A stretch of 64,000 nucleotides of DNA from positions 64,001-128,000 of the forward strand of contig CAXXUA010000006.1 of the NCBI GenBank assembly GCA_963663765.2, read 5' to 3'. Source of the DNA: Candidatus Poribacteria bacterium. Its GTDB lineage: Bacteria > Poribacteria > WGA-4E > WGA-3G. The translations under genes were made by a program, and so were the position numbers. The notes under the pieces are model-generated. The model was not told the DNA's origin, ran no database searches, and saw only the letters and a list, made by a program, of their open reading frames with translations. Below are positions 32,942-42,635 of this stretch, piece by piece (position 1 is the stretch's first letter; every line of letters begins with the position of its first letter).

Positions 32942-33346
32942 TCAAATTGGCTGTGCAAAACACAAAACATATCCATCATGATCCTTCACTTCAAAAGCAC
33001 GCAAACCGTCATCAGTATCAGCAAGCGGTTCATGAAATGCTAATCCTCGCGATTGATACTCAGCAAACAGCGCATCCGGATCAGAAACCAAAATAAAAGC
33101 ATCCCAACGCGCCCATACATGCCGAGTGTGGTTGGGAATTGGGTGAATATCCTCAGTAATCTGTTTGAGCAGTATCCGCACAATATCACGAGAAACTATT
33201 CCAAAAAACGGATCGTCATCAGGAACAAGTAAATCTGTCTGAAAACCGAGTTTCTGATTGTAAAACGCGATTGACTCAGCAAGGTTATCAACGATGAAAA
33301 AGGGATAGATTCTTTCAAGTGTCGAATTTGATGTCATCGTCCGCAC
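32942..33346 (-). CDS. VOC/bleomycin-resistance family protein
   Basis: SIAFYNQKLGF...LRAFEVKDHDGYVLCF. Confidence 0.85.
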   Translation of the reverse strand: MRTMTSNSTLERIYPFFIVDNLAESIAFYNQKLGFQTDLLVPDDDPFFGIVSRDIVRILLKQITEDIHPIPNHTRHVWARWDAFILVSDPDALFAEYQSRGLAFHEPLADTDDGLRAFEVKDHDGYVLCFAQPI

Positions 33347-33572
33347 TCCTATTATTTCACAATATCCTAATAGATTTTCGATTAACGTTCAACAGAAAAT
33401 GTGGATATTGCATCGACACTTCACCTGTATTCTTGAAGGAGCGTCTCTCTTTGAAAAAATACATTAGAGCCAAAAATTGTTTGATTTCCACTACCGGAGT
33501 ATGTTAAACTTTAAAACACATTCGTGGGAAAGGGCTTACATTAACTCTATATTCTCAGTAGGCGTCCTTACT

Positions 33573-34544
33573 ATGTTACAAAAGTCAGAGCAGTCGGCAT
33601 CTAATACCAAACAACAATATGATACTGTTTCAAAGCTGCTCATTCATCAAAACCCCGAAGATTGGCTCTGGTTTTGTCTTGACACCGCTGAGAGTGAAGT
33701 AATCAGTATACTTGATACCGAACAACCCACTGTCAAGTCCAATCGTGCGGATAGTTTCATACACGCGAATGTACAGGGTAAGGAAATTATCGTGCATTTA
33801 GAAATGCAGACACACGACAGTACACAAGTACCGATGCCGCGTCGTATCGCGGGTTATGTGGGGAGAGGTATTGAGTTCTTTGGACTTCCAGTCTATTCGC
33901 ATGTTATCTATCTTCATCCGGTGGCAGGTAAGATGGATCCGGGTGAATATGTTCAAGAAGTACAAGGATATGAAATCCGTATCCGATACAAGGTTATCCG
34001 ATTGAGTGATTTAGATGGTGAAGCGTTTTTAGAAACGCGACTGAAAGGTTTGATTCCCTTTACACCTCTGATGAAGCCACCAGAAGGTATGCCACTTGAT
34101 GACTGGTTGCGAGAATGTGTTCAGGTTGCGGATTCCGTGTTCGTGGATACACCTGCTAAGGCAGATTATCTGACAGATTTAGCGATTTTGAGCGGTTTAA
34201 AATTTGACTACGAGACTATACGTGATAAAATATTGGAGGCAACTATGCACGAATCATCAGTCATTCAACATTTCCTACAACAAGGAATTGAACAAGGAAT
34301 TGAACAAGGAATTGAACAAGGAGCGCGGGAAAGTCTTATAGAGGCAATTGTTGAAAATTTGGAAGTGCGTTTCCAGGTCCATAACTTACAAGCGATAAAA
34401 TCTATGCTTGAGAGTATCGATACGTTACAACATCTTAAACAGTTGCGCCGTGCGTCGATACAGACACCGAACCTTAATGCATTCCAGCAAACTTTGGAAA
34501 TAGACAGCGAAACTAACGAAACTAACGGAACTGATTCCATCTGA
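33573..34544 (+). CDS. Rpn family recombination-promoting nuclease (PD-(D/E)XK)
   Basis: RADS, HLEMQ, MPRRI..Y, (QGIE)x3 repeat; likely start MLQKS at 33573 (track start 33477). Confidence 0.85.
   Translation: MLQKSEQSASNTKQQYDTVSKLLIHQNPEDWLWFCLDTAESEVISILDTEQPTVKSNRADSFIHANVQGKEIIVHLEMQTHDSTQVPMPRRIAGYVGRGIEFFGLPVYSHVIYLHPVAGKMDPGEYVQEVQGYEIRIRYKVIRLSDLDGEAFLETRLKGLIPFTPLMKPPEGMPLDDWLRECVQVADSVFVDTPAKADYLTDLAILSGLKFDYETIRDKILEATMHESSVIQHFLQQGIEQGIEQGIEQGARESLIEAIVENLEVRFQVHNLQAIKSMLESIDTLQHLKQLRRASIQTPNLNAFQQTLEIDSETNETNGTDSI
34245..34544 (+). CDS. Putative intragenic RpnS-like small protein (99 aa)
   Basis: GGAGG (34235-34239), 5 nt, then in-frame ATG (MHESSVIQ). Confidence 0.6.
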   Translation: MHESSVIQHFLQQGIEQGIEQGIEQGARESLIEAIVENLEVRFQVHNLQAIKSMLESIDTLQHLKQLRRASIQTPNLNAFQQTLEIDSETNETNGTDSI

Positions 34545-34545
34545 A

Positions 34546-34667
34546 CAGGACTTACACAGTTTTCATGATTTGATGAAGAATTATGACGATAATTGTGTAA
34601 TTTTCAGCATTTTTTCGGTTTCCAGCGCGCTTACAAAGCATGCCTACAACTGGGTGCGTAAGTCCTG
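34546..34667. mobile_element. 122-bp IS701-derived MITE (reverse orientation)
   Basis: IS701 TIRs; TSD CTGAA. Confidence 0.9.
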
Positions 34668-34704
34668 CTGAAAACTCATAACACAGCAAAACGGGACACA
34701 TTTC

Positions 34705-35667
34705 ATGGCACTTCTCAGATGGGGTATAATTGGTTGCGGGAATGTTGCTGAACATAAAGGTGGACCACCGTTATACTCTGTAGACAATTCGGAACTCATT
34801 GCAGTGATGCGGCGTGACCGCGCTAAAGCAGAAGACTTTGCCAAGAGACACGGCGCAAAACGTATCTATACCGATGTGCAACAACTCCTTGCAGACGATG
34901 AAATCAATGCAGTCTATATTGCAACCCCTCCAAATCTGCATTGCGAACAGACTACCCTTGCAGCACACTCAGGCAAACACGTTCTCTGTGAAAAACCGAT
35001 GGCTATGACAGTGGATGAGTGTCAACGGATGGTGGATGCTTGCAGTCATGCGGGTGTTTCCTTGATGATAGCATACTACCGAAACCACTATCCGAATGTC
35101 GTCAAAATGAAAACACTGATAGATGAAGGCACAATCGGTGATGTTGTGCTTGCCCGTATCAACTGCACAGCATACTTTAACCCAAATCGTAATGACTTAA
35201 AGAACTGGCGACTTAGTCCTGAGATTAGTGGTGGCGGTGTGTTGATGGACATCGGCAGTCACCGCATCAGTCTGCTGCAATACTTGATGGGACACATCGC
35301 ATCTGCACAAGGCTACGCGGAGACGGTTCATATAGATGCTGCGGTAGATGATTCTGCTGTGTTTTCCCTCCGTTTTGAAAGTGGTGCACACGCTGTTGCA
35401 AATATCAACTGGAATGTCGGTGTTGGAAAAGACGATGTTGAAGTATATGGTACAGCAGGTTGCTTAAAGTGTTCACCGTTGAATTCAGGGAATTTAACAC
35501 TTGAGACAAAATCTGATGAAATTGTAGATTTGAAACAGCCACCTTTACCGCACACGCACACTGGACTTGTACAGAATTTTATCAATCATCTCAAAATAGG
35601 TGAACCGATCCGTTGTTCAGGCGAATCTGGATTGCAAACAAACGCGATAATCTCTCAGTTAATGTAA
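34705..35667 (+). CDS. Gfo/Idh/MocA oxidoreductase
   Basis: GIIGCG, HVLCEKP, GGGVLMDIGSH. Confidence 0.92.
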   Translation: MALLRWGIIGCGNVAEHKGGPPLYSVDNSELIAVMRRDRAKAEDFAKRHGAKRIYTDVQQLLADDEINAVYIATPPNLHCEQTTLAAHSGKHVLCEKPMAMTVDECQRMVDACSHAGVSLMIAYYRNHYPNVVKMKTLIDEGTIGDVVLARINCTAYFNPNRNDLKNWRLSPEISGGGVLMDIGSHRISLLQYLMGHIASAQGYAETVHIDAAVDDSAVFSLRFESGAHAVANINWNVGVGKDDVEVYGTAGCLKCSPLNSGNLTLETKSDEIVDLKQPPLPHTHTGLVQNFINHLKIGEPIRCSGESGLQTNAIISQLM

Positions 35668-35680
35668 GAATTAAATAACC

Positions 35681-36262
35681 TTAAAATCCTTCAGGATATT
35701 GTACTTCTATCTTTCGCGCTTTTGCTGCTGCTGTTAGTTTTGTAAGCAGACCTTCGTTGTTTAGTGATGGATATTGGAAGGTAAGACGGACATATTCAGT
35801 AACGATTTCATCATAAGCACTCAGAAACTCAAACAGGAACTCACCACCCGTTGTTTCCATATCCCACATAATTTTTCTGTGGTACTCCTGACGAAAATTT
35901 AGATACTTGTCCGAATCAGTAATAGTCAATTTTCCTTCATTATGAAGTTCTCCGCGTGCTATTTCATAAGCAGCAAGTATCTCATCATAGAAATATTCAG
36001 TATCAAATTCGACTTCTTCTTCTAATATTAGGTCAGAAATTTCAAACAATTTTGAGAACTCGCCGGTTTCCAGAACTTTTTGGTGTTCCTCAATTCTCCT
36101 CTGATTGACACGCTCCATTGCTTCCACTGCCTCATCCGTAAAAGGATCTTTTCTTACAATTGGAACTTGATTACCTGTATTTGTATCAGTATCTTCACCA
36201 CAACCGATTGCCAAAACAGCAATTAACAAGAACATATAAGTCAATAAACGCATTTGTATCAA
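35681..36262 (-). CDS. Acidic lipoprotein, paralogue 1
   Basis: Lipobox AIGC-GEDTD; C-terminal QYPEGF. Confidence 0.75.
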   Translation of the reverse strand: MIQMRLLTYMFLLIAVLAIGCGEDTDTNTGNQVPIVRKDPFTDEAVEAMERVNQRRIEEHQKVLETGEFSKLFEISDLILEEEVEFDTEYFYDEILAAYEIARGELHNEGKLTITDSDKYLNFRQEYHRKIMWDMETTGGEFLFEFLSAYDEIVTEYVRLTFQYPSLNNEGLLTKLTAAAKARKIEVQYPEGF

Positions 36263-36382
36263 TCTCCTATGTTGTATGGTTTGATATAATCCCTTAATTC
36301 ATGAAAACTGCGTACATCCTGCAATAAGTGGTAGGTCTCAAATTATAGAGTTTAATCTCAATCAATCCGCACTCATAACAAG

Positions 36383-36934
36383 TCAATGTCCTTCTGGGTA
36401 CTGAATACTTATATCTCCTGCTTTGATAGAGGTATCAAGCAATCCAATCACTTGCAACTCGGTGCTATTGGGATTCTCAAGGGAAAGTTTAACATATTCT
36501 TCGACGATTCCATCAAATGCACTCATAAATTCAAGAAAAGACTCTTCTATGAATGTACCGTCTGCATTCATGTATGCTGCTAAAAAACTGGTATATCTTT
36601 GTAGATCAGCATTATCAATTGTTCCATCTGCAACAAGAAGCGTTAATTTAGTTTCCCAAGCAGTTAGCATTTGTACCCAGACTGTTTCACCAAATCCAAG
36701 TTCTTCTTGGTAAATAGTTTCAATATCATCTAAAAAGGTAGAATAATCACCTGATTCTTCAGTTTCTTGTTGTAACGCATCTCTTCTCTCAATCACCTTC
36801 GCCATTGCAGCTTCGGCTTGTTCTGATGGTGTAAGTGTTTCAACCATCTCTTTATCCATATCTTCATCGGTGTCTTCTCCGCATCCAAACATAAAAATTG
36901 ATGCGAATAACATAAAGTAAACTAAAGGTCTCAT
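36383..36934 (-). CDS. Acidic lipoprotein, paralogue 2
   Basis: Lipobox MFGC-GEDTD; EF.SA.D.IV.EYV.L shared with paralogue 1; QYPEGH. Confidence 0.75.
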   Translation of the reverse strand: MRPLVYFMLFASIFMFGCGEDTDEDMDKEMVETLTPSEQAEAAMAKVIERRDALQQETEESGDYSTFLDDIETIYQEELGFGETVWVQMLTAWETKLTLLVADGTIDNADLQRYTSFLAAYMNADGTFIEESFLEFMSAFDGIVEEYVKLSLENPNSTELQVIGLLDTSIKAGDISIQYPEGH

Positions 36935-36958
36935 AAATATATCTCCTAATTATAGTTA

Positions 36959-37112
36959 TACCATTTTCATGTGATAATGTCTCATTAGCAGCGAAAATCT
37001 GGTAGGAGCGACCTTACGGTCGCGACCGTGAGGTCGCTCCTACCGAAGAGAGTAACCCCCTGCCAGTAAACAGTAGAATTCCTTAATGAGACAAGATTTA
37101 TTTGAATTGGTA
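36959..37112. mobile_element. 154-bp TACC-ended REP-carrying MITE
   Basis: TTA duplication; copy of 7624 element. Confidence 0.85.
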
Positions 37113-37248
37113 TTATAGTTGTTGTTTTATACAAAATTCAAAAAAGTTTAGAATTAAAGAACGTTTAGAATTCAAGAACGTTTAGTAAATAACGTCTAAG
37201 GACAAAGAAAAGTTTACAAATTCTGCTTAATGGTAGTTGGTTCCGTTG

Positions 37249-38139
37249 TTACTTCCGTCTGGATAGGTACGCTGACAAGGCATGGTCAAATGGCGTGGTT
37301 GTATCCATTTGAACGTAATCAATCTGGCTTGCACCACATCCACGTCTGTAATTCTGTATGAATGAATTAAGGTTTTCAAGGTATGCGGTTTTCAACGAAT
37401 CAGCCTGAGTTGAAAGTGTTTGTCCAGTCTCCATATCCCGAAATATAACAGAACCTTTATATGGGAAAGTGATTTCAGCGTTGTCCAGTAAGTGGAAAAC
37501 GATTACCTCATGTTTTTGATGACGAAGGTGTTTGAGTGCAGAGATTACATGGGAAGGTTCATCAAGTAAATCAGAGATAACAATAACCAAGCCACGACGT
37601 ACAATCCGTTTAGCAAGTTCGTGGAATAAACTACTCAGTTCAGTTTCTTCGCCAGGAGTAGCATTTTCTAAAGCAGTCATGATCGCACGTAGATGAGTCG
37701 CAGCACCTCTCGGTGGAATATATTGCCGAATATCAGTATCAAAAAGTGCTAATCCAACAGAGTCACGTTGTTTCAACATCAGATAGGTTAACGTTGCTGC
37801 GAGATAACACCCATATTTAAACTTCGTCAATGTATCATCATTGTGTTTGTAGTTCATTGATGCACTGGTGTCAAGCAGGATATATGCCCGTAGGTTTGTC
37901 TCCTCCTCAAACTTTTTCACATAGAATCTATCAGATTTACCGAAGACTTTCCAATCAATATATCGGATTTCATCACCAGGCATATATTGACGATGTTCAG
38001 CAAATTCCACGCTAAAACCTTGATACGGACTCTTGTGTAACCCCGTGACAAAGCCTTCTACAACGAGCCTTGCAACGAGCTCCATACCTCCGATACGTGT
38101 AAGTGCTACTGGGTCAAGATATTGGTGTGATGTTTGCAT
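37249..38139 (-). CDS. DUF58 (vWA-like, MoxR-associated) protein
   Basis: EFAEHRQYMPGDEIRYIDWK, LLDTSASM. Confidence 0.92.
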   Translation of the reverse strand: MQTSHQYLDPVALTRIGGMELVARLVVEGFVTGLHKSPYQGFSVEFAEHRQYMPGDEIRYIDWKVFGKSDRFYVKKFEEETNLRAYILLDTSASMNYKHNDDTLTKFKYGCYLAATLTYLMLKQRDSVGLALFDTDIRQYIPPRGAATHLRAIMTALENATPGEETELSSLFHELAKRIVRRGLVIVISDLLDEPSHVISALKHLRHQKHEVIVFHLLDNAEITFPYKGSVIFRDMETGQTLSTQADSLKTAYLENLNSFIQNYRRGCGASQIDYVQMDTTTPFDHALSAYLSRRK

Positions 38140-38160
38140 TGTGTTCCTTTCTTTGGTGCA

Positions 38161-39123
38161 TCATTTAAAAACAGCAACTGGTACGGAGCGTTTTTGAGCA
38201 ACATTTTCATGATCACGTTTTATCACTTCAATTTTCTGTAGTGTTTCCCGAGTAGCATAACTTTTTCTACAGTTCTTACAAATAATCACTGGTACATCCT
38301 CAATTATCAGAAGGGTTTCTCCTTTTCCAAAGCTTTTGGAAATAAGACCATTAAAGCAATCTGTAGTTCCGCAAATATCGCACTGAACTGTTTGTTCCCA
38401 TACATCATCGTCAATAATGACACCAAACGAAGTACAAACATTGGTCTTATCTTCAGGTAATAGAATTACATGGTTGATATAAGTATGCTCCAGAGTAAAC
38501 CCATACTGTGTTTTTAGTTCGTCTTTGCATGTATCACTAATTTGATTTATAAACTTTTTCCTGTCATGTGTGATGTTATATGAGTCAATCTCAGCAACAA
38601 CACTTCTCAGGATTCCTACCAATTTTGATTCTAAACACATTTGCAAGGTCTTAGGTGTAATCGGTTTTTCGTCAAAAAACTGCGACGCTTTGTGTATATC
38701 AACTTCATCAGGGATGATTCTAAGGAAGAATGTAACTTCAAGATCACACCGTCTGAAATTATTAGTTAGAATACTATCACCAAAAATATCAAGACGCATA
38801 GTATTTAGCGGAATCTCTCTAATCTTATGGAAAATTGTATTGACCCAAAGACCTCCAGCAAATGCAATGTTGTTTTTGGGTTTATTAGTATCTATGAGTG
38901 CAGTATTGGGTTTAGGTATTTGATACCGAACTGTTGCTGATATATAGACAATAAGGCTTACTAAAAGAACAAAGCCCACCGTAACAGTCCACAAGAGGAT
39001 TCCATTATTAGCGAGATACAAAATGTTAGAAAAATATTTGTATCCAAGAAAACCTATTAAAACTGTGGAAATAACTATGTATAAGATAACAAAAGCAAGT
39101 CGCATCATTTTTCCTAAGAACAA
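38161..39123 (-). CDS. SPFH/flotillin-like membrane protein fused to YgiT-type zinc finger
   Basis: Two TM, flotillin-like core, C-terminal CDICG...LLIIEDVPVIICKNC; start probably ATG near 39108. Confidence 0.65.
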   Translation of the reverse strand: MFLGKMMRLAFVILYIVISTVLIGFLGYKYFSNILYLANNGILLWTVTVGFVLLVSLIVYISATVRYQIPKPNTALIDTNKPKNNIAFAGGLWVNTIFHKIREIPLNTMRLDIFGDSILTNNFRRCDLEVTFFLRIIPDEVDIHKASQFFDEKPITPKTLQMCLESKLVGILRSVVAEIDSYNITHDRKKFINQISDTCKDELKTQYGFTLEHTYINHVILLPEDKTNVCTSFGVIIDDDVWEQTVQCDICGTTDCFNGLISKSFGKGETLLIIEDVPVIICKNCRKSYATRETLQKIEVIKRDHENVAQKRSVPVAVFK

Positions 39124-39211
39124 TGGGTGGTACAGATTTTTGCACAGTGTCTCTTGTTCAAAACGGTATAGTAATAACAGTTAAATCGGTAATCAATTCC
39201 TTATATGTTCA

Positions 39212-39382
39212 TCATTTACTTAAAGAGTTCTTAATTTCTGATAAACTTTCGGCAATATATTTGGACGTTTTTGTTAATTCGCTTAGTTCTTGATAAACTT
39301 TGCGGATTGCAAAAGTGATACTTGCAAGTACTAAAACAACTGCGAATAACGATAAATTAATCGCAAAATAAGAAAATTCCAT
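39212..39382 (-). CDS. Small single-pass membrane protein, 56 aa (below track cutoff)
   Basis: AAGGAGGT SD; MEFSYFAINLSLFAVVLVLASITFAIRKVYQELSELTK... Confidence 0.7.
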   Translation of the reverse strand: MEFSYFAINLSLFAVVLVLASITFAIRKVYQELSELTKTSKYIAESLSEIKNSLSK

Positions 39383-39657
39383 TTTATTACCTCCTTCGGT
39401 TATGTCAAGTAAATGATCACATACACAGTCATTTAGAATCTTGAATCACAAGTATAACAAAATTTGTCCTGAATTACAATCGAAATGTAAAAAATAAGGC
39501 ATTTGGTGCGCTTGCGTGAGTTAGAAAGAAAATGGTAAAATTACATTGCTGTTCTACGTCTTATATTAATTTGCCATAGTGTAACTTAACATGTTATAAT
39601 TAGGAATTAAATAAAACCGATGTTAAATTCAAAATTACGATTTTTAAATGAAGCTTT

Positions 39658-41520
39658 ATGTATCTTAACGAACTATATTTAGAAAACACCGGTCCCATCT
39701 CAAAATGCTACGTCAAGTTGTCCTTTGATGAAACTGGAAATCCCCACCCTATAGTGATTGTTGGTCCCAACGGATCTGGTAAGACTATTTTTCTTTCCTA
39801 TATCGTTGACGCTCTTGCTGAATTTGCTAAAAAAGCCTTCACTGATATTGTGCCTACAGATGGCTTAGGCACACCATATTTTAGAATCATCCATCCAAGG
39901 GCAATAAGAAGTAGAGCACACTTTAGCCTAAGCCTCCTTCATTTTAAAGCGAATGATGACAATTTATACTACTGTGAGAAATCGGGAATGCTTGAAGCAG
40001 CGTCTTATTCGCCGAACGTAAGATCTATATTTACTCCAGTCTGGAACTGGCCAACAGCAGAAAACCATAAAAATGTATCGGTTAACGAAAAGACTGTTGA
40101 AACTGAAATGACAAACGGTGTACACGCTTTTTTCCCCGCAAGTCGTAGTGAGGACCCTGATTGGCTAAACCCTAAGAGTTTAAAAGCACATCCGACCTCA
40201 TTCTCGCAACATTTTAGTAAGAACCTTGACAAACCTCTCTGGATAGAATCTTGTGCGGAGAAAAACCTTTCTTGGGTATTGGACGTGTTTCTTGACTCTT
40301 TAGTTGATTTTGATGAACAACATAAACTTAACAATTTTGTAAACAGTTTACAAGGACAAAATACAGCACAACAAAATACATTACCGCGGGAATTATTACC
40401 TGTAGTGAATAGACTCGTTTTTGCACAAACTCGCAAGAATATTGAACAGATATTGCAAACAATACTTCAAGATGAAACAGCAAAGTTAATTCTAAACTTT
40501 CGGAATATTGGATCATCAAGAATTAGTATAAAGATGAGCGATGGGCGAATTATCCCGACACTACAATCACTATCAGAGGGACAATCACAATTATTCAATC
40601 TTTTTGCGACAATTATTCGATACGGTGAACGCACTGATCTCAATAGGAGTGTGAATCTCCCGCAGATTACAGGACTTGTTGTTATAGATGAAATTGCTGC
40701 CCATTTGCATCCGACTCTCCAGCACGATGTCCTTCCTGAACTCATGAGTCTGTTCCCGAAGGTACAGTTTATCGTATCGTCTCATTCTCCGCTATTTCTA
40801 CTCGGCATGGAAAATAAATTCGGTGCGGACAGAATTAACATTCATGAATTACCGAGAGGAAATAGAATTAATAGCGAACGGTATTCTGAATTTGAAGAAG
40901 CTTTTAAAATTTATAAAAAAACAAAACGTTCTGAAGAAGATATAAAACAACTTATCGCTAATGCAACAAAACCTGTTGTGTTGACAGAAGGAAAGACAGA
41001 TGCGCGCTACATTAAAACAGCATTGGAGTTGTTTGGTGAAGAAGAACTCCTAAATTCTTTGGATATCAGACCTGTTGGTAGAGAAGGCAACGAGGGGTCT
41101 GATGGTGGTGGGCATACAGGATTAAACAATTTCCTCAAAGTTTACGCTGCACATCCCTTGTCTTTCAACCATGCGATACTCCTCCTATATGATTGGGATG
41201 GCAATAAACCAGCGGATCAGATTGAGAAACTTTGGGTTAGGTCAATCCCAAAGAAGGTTGAAGATGTCGAAGAGAAGAGAGGAATCGAGAATCTTTTTCC
41301 TTCAGACCTTTTTAAAGATTGTTTCTATGAAGAGAAACTTAAAAAAGGGATTCACGGTAAATCTAGCAAAATTCCTGAGTTTAAAAAGCAGAAATTTTGT
41401 GATTGGATTTGTAAAGAAAAAAATGTTGACCACTTCGTAAAGTTTGACAGCGTTGTGAAAATTCTCAAGGAGTTTTTTAAAGCGCATCAACCTCTTCAGG
41501 TTCAGCAACCACCCGAATAA
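39658..41520 (+). CDS. ABC/AAA ATPase fused to TOPRIM domain (OLD/PARIS-like)
   Basis: GPNGSGKT, LSEGQ, VIDEIAAHLHP, SSHSP; then VLTEGKTD, LYDWD, GIENLF. Confidence 0.8.
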   Translation: MYLNELYLENTGPISKCYVKLSFDETGNPHPIVIVGPNGSGKTIFLSYIVDALAEFAKKAFTDIVPTDGLGTPYFRIIHPRAIRSRAHFSLSLLHFKANDDNLYYCEKSGMLEAASYSPNVRSIFTPVWNWPTAENHKNVSVNEKTVETEMTNGVHAFFPASRSEDPDWLNPKSLKAHPTSFSQHFSKNLDKPLWIESCAEKNLSWVLDVFLDSLVDFDEQHKLNNFVNSLQGQNTAQQNTLPRELLPVVNRLVFAQTRKNIEQILQTILQDETAKLILNFRNIGSSRISIKMSDGRIIPTLQSLSEGQSQLFNLFATIIRYGERTDLNRSVNLPQITGLVVIDEIAAHLHPTLQHDVLPELMSLFPKVQFIVSSHSPLFLLGMENKFGADRINIHELPRGNRINSERYSEFEEAFKIYKKTKRSEEDIKQLIANATKPVVLTEGKTDARYIKTALELFGEEELLNSLDIRPVGREGNEGSDGGGHTGLNNFLKVYAAHPLSFNHAILLLYDWDGNKPADQIEKLWVRSIPKKVEDVEEKRGIENLFPSDLFKDCFYEEKLKKGIHGKSSKIPEFKKQKFCDWICKEKNVDHFVKFDSVVKILKEFFKAHQPLQVQQPPE

Positions 41521-41527
41521 CAGGCAT

Positions 41528-41705
41528 TTATGAAACAGATTCCAACCACTCAATTGCAGCCTGTTCGTTTTGCTCAATTACAATCTCAACTGCACGTTTG
41601 GCATTTTCCAAAAGGCACTTTGGCTTGATCACGTAAACGAAAGAATTCAAGCACTTTCTCTTGAATTTCTGTCTGTTTATCTTTGGGCAATATAGGTATG
41701 GCTGT
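41528..41705 (-). pseudogene. hsdS-like 3' remnant, copy 1
   Basis: IPILPKDKQTEIQEKV...(frameshift)LLENAKRAVEIVIEQNEQAAIEWLES*; family call from motif recollection. Confidence 0.55.
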
Positions 41706-41798
41706 TTTTATTATGGCAAAATCTATGACAAGATTTAAGCAATAGATCTTCGAGATTTATAATTTGAAGATGCCATGCAGATGTGTTATACTTAAAAT

Positions 41799-42152
41799 AT
41801 GCAAATCATTGACAGAGAGGTCAGGAACTATATCACACCAGAAGGACGTAACCCGTTCCGTCAATGGTTGACACAACTCCGAGATAAAAGAACACGTGCA
41901 AACATTCAGAGACGAATTGCACGTCTACAAGAGGGAAACTTCGGTGATTGTAAAAGGTTGGGGAGTGATTTATATGAACTGAGAATAGACTACGGACCAG
42001 GATACAGGATCTATTTTAGCACGCTTACTACTCATATTGTTATTTTGCTTTGTGGTTGGCAAAAAGGGACGCACCGACGGGATATTGCAAGAGCTCACAA
42101 TTATTGGAACGAAATAAGGAGCAGGGACAATGAACACGGAAACAATAGTTAA
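41799..42152 (+). CDS. RelE/ParE-superfamily addiction module toxin (HI1419-like)
   Basis: GNFGD.K, LYELRIDYGPGYRIYF. Confidence 0.88.
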   Translation: MQIIDREVRNYITPEGRNPFRQWLTQLRDKRTRANIQRRIARLQEGNFGDCKRLGSDLYELRIDYGPGYRIYFSTLTTHIVILLCGWQKGTHRRDIARAHNYWNEIRSRDNEHGNNS

Positions 42153-42492
42153 GCAAACTACCAGTTTTAAAGACGACCTTTAAAACGACCTCACAGATAC
42201 AGAGTTCGCGATGTACTATATTGAGGCATCCTTAGCGGACTATAAGAAAGATGGTAACACAGAGGCACTCTGGATGGCACTTCGTGATGTTGCAGAAGCA
42301 CAGAATGCGGTTTCTGAGCTTTCCAAAAGAACGAGCATTGATGCTGAAACGCTCTCGGATACCCTCTCTAACGAGGATGTCCCGCTTTTAGATATGCTCA
42401 ACACGATATTGAAATCATTTGAGTGTCAGTTGCCAGTTGAACCTAAAGCAGATGTGAATGAGACATATCCACAGATTCCAACCAATTCATAG
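42130..42492 (+). pseudogene. Addiction module antitoxin (HI1420-like HTH) with in-frame TAA at 42181
   Basis: MNTETIVKQTTSFKDDL*NDLTDTEFAMYYIE...ALRDVAEA. Confidence 0.75.
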
Positions 42493-42635
42493 CATCCTAT
42501 TCGTCCTGCTCAATTACAATCTCAACCGCACGTTTGGCATGTTTTAAAAGGTCTTGGCGTGCTTGTTTCCATTGTAGGATTCAATGACTTTCTGTTTATT
42601 TCAGTTCAAGTGTCTTTGGGAATGTATGCGAACAG
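42468..42635 (-). pseudogene. hsdS-like 3' remnant, copy 2
   Basis: PKDT*TEI...LLKHAKRAVEIVIEQDE*DAMNWLESV; direct repeat of copy 1. Confidence 0.55.
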
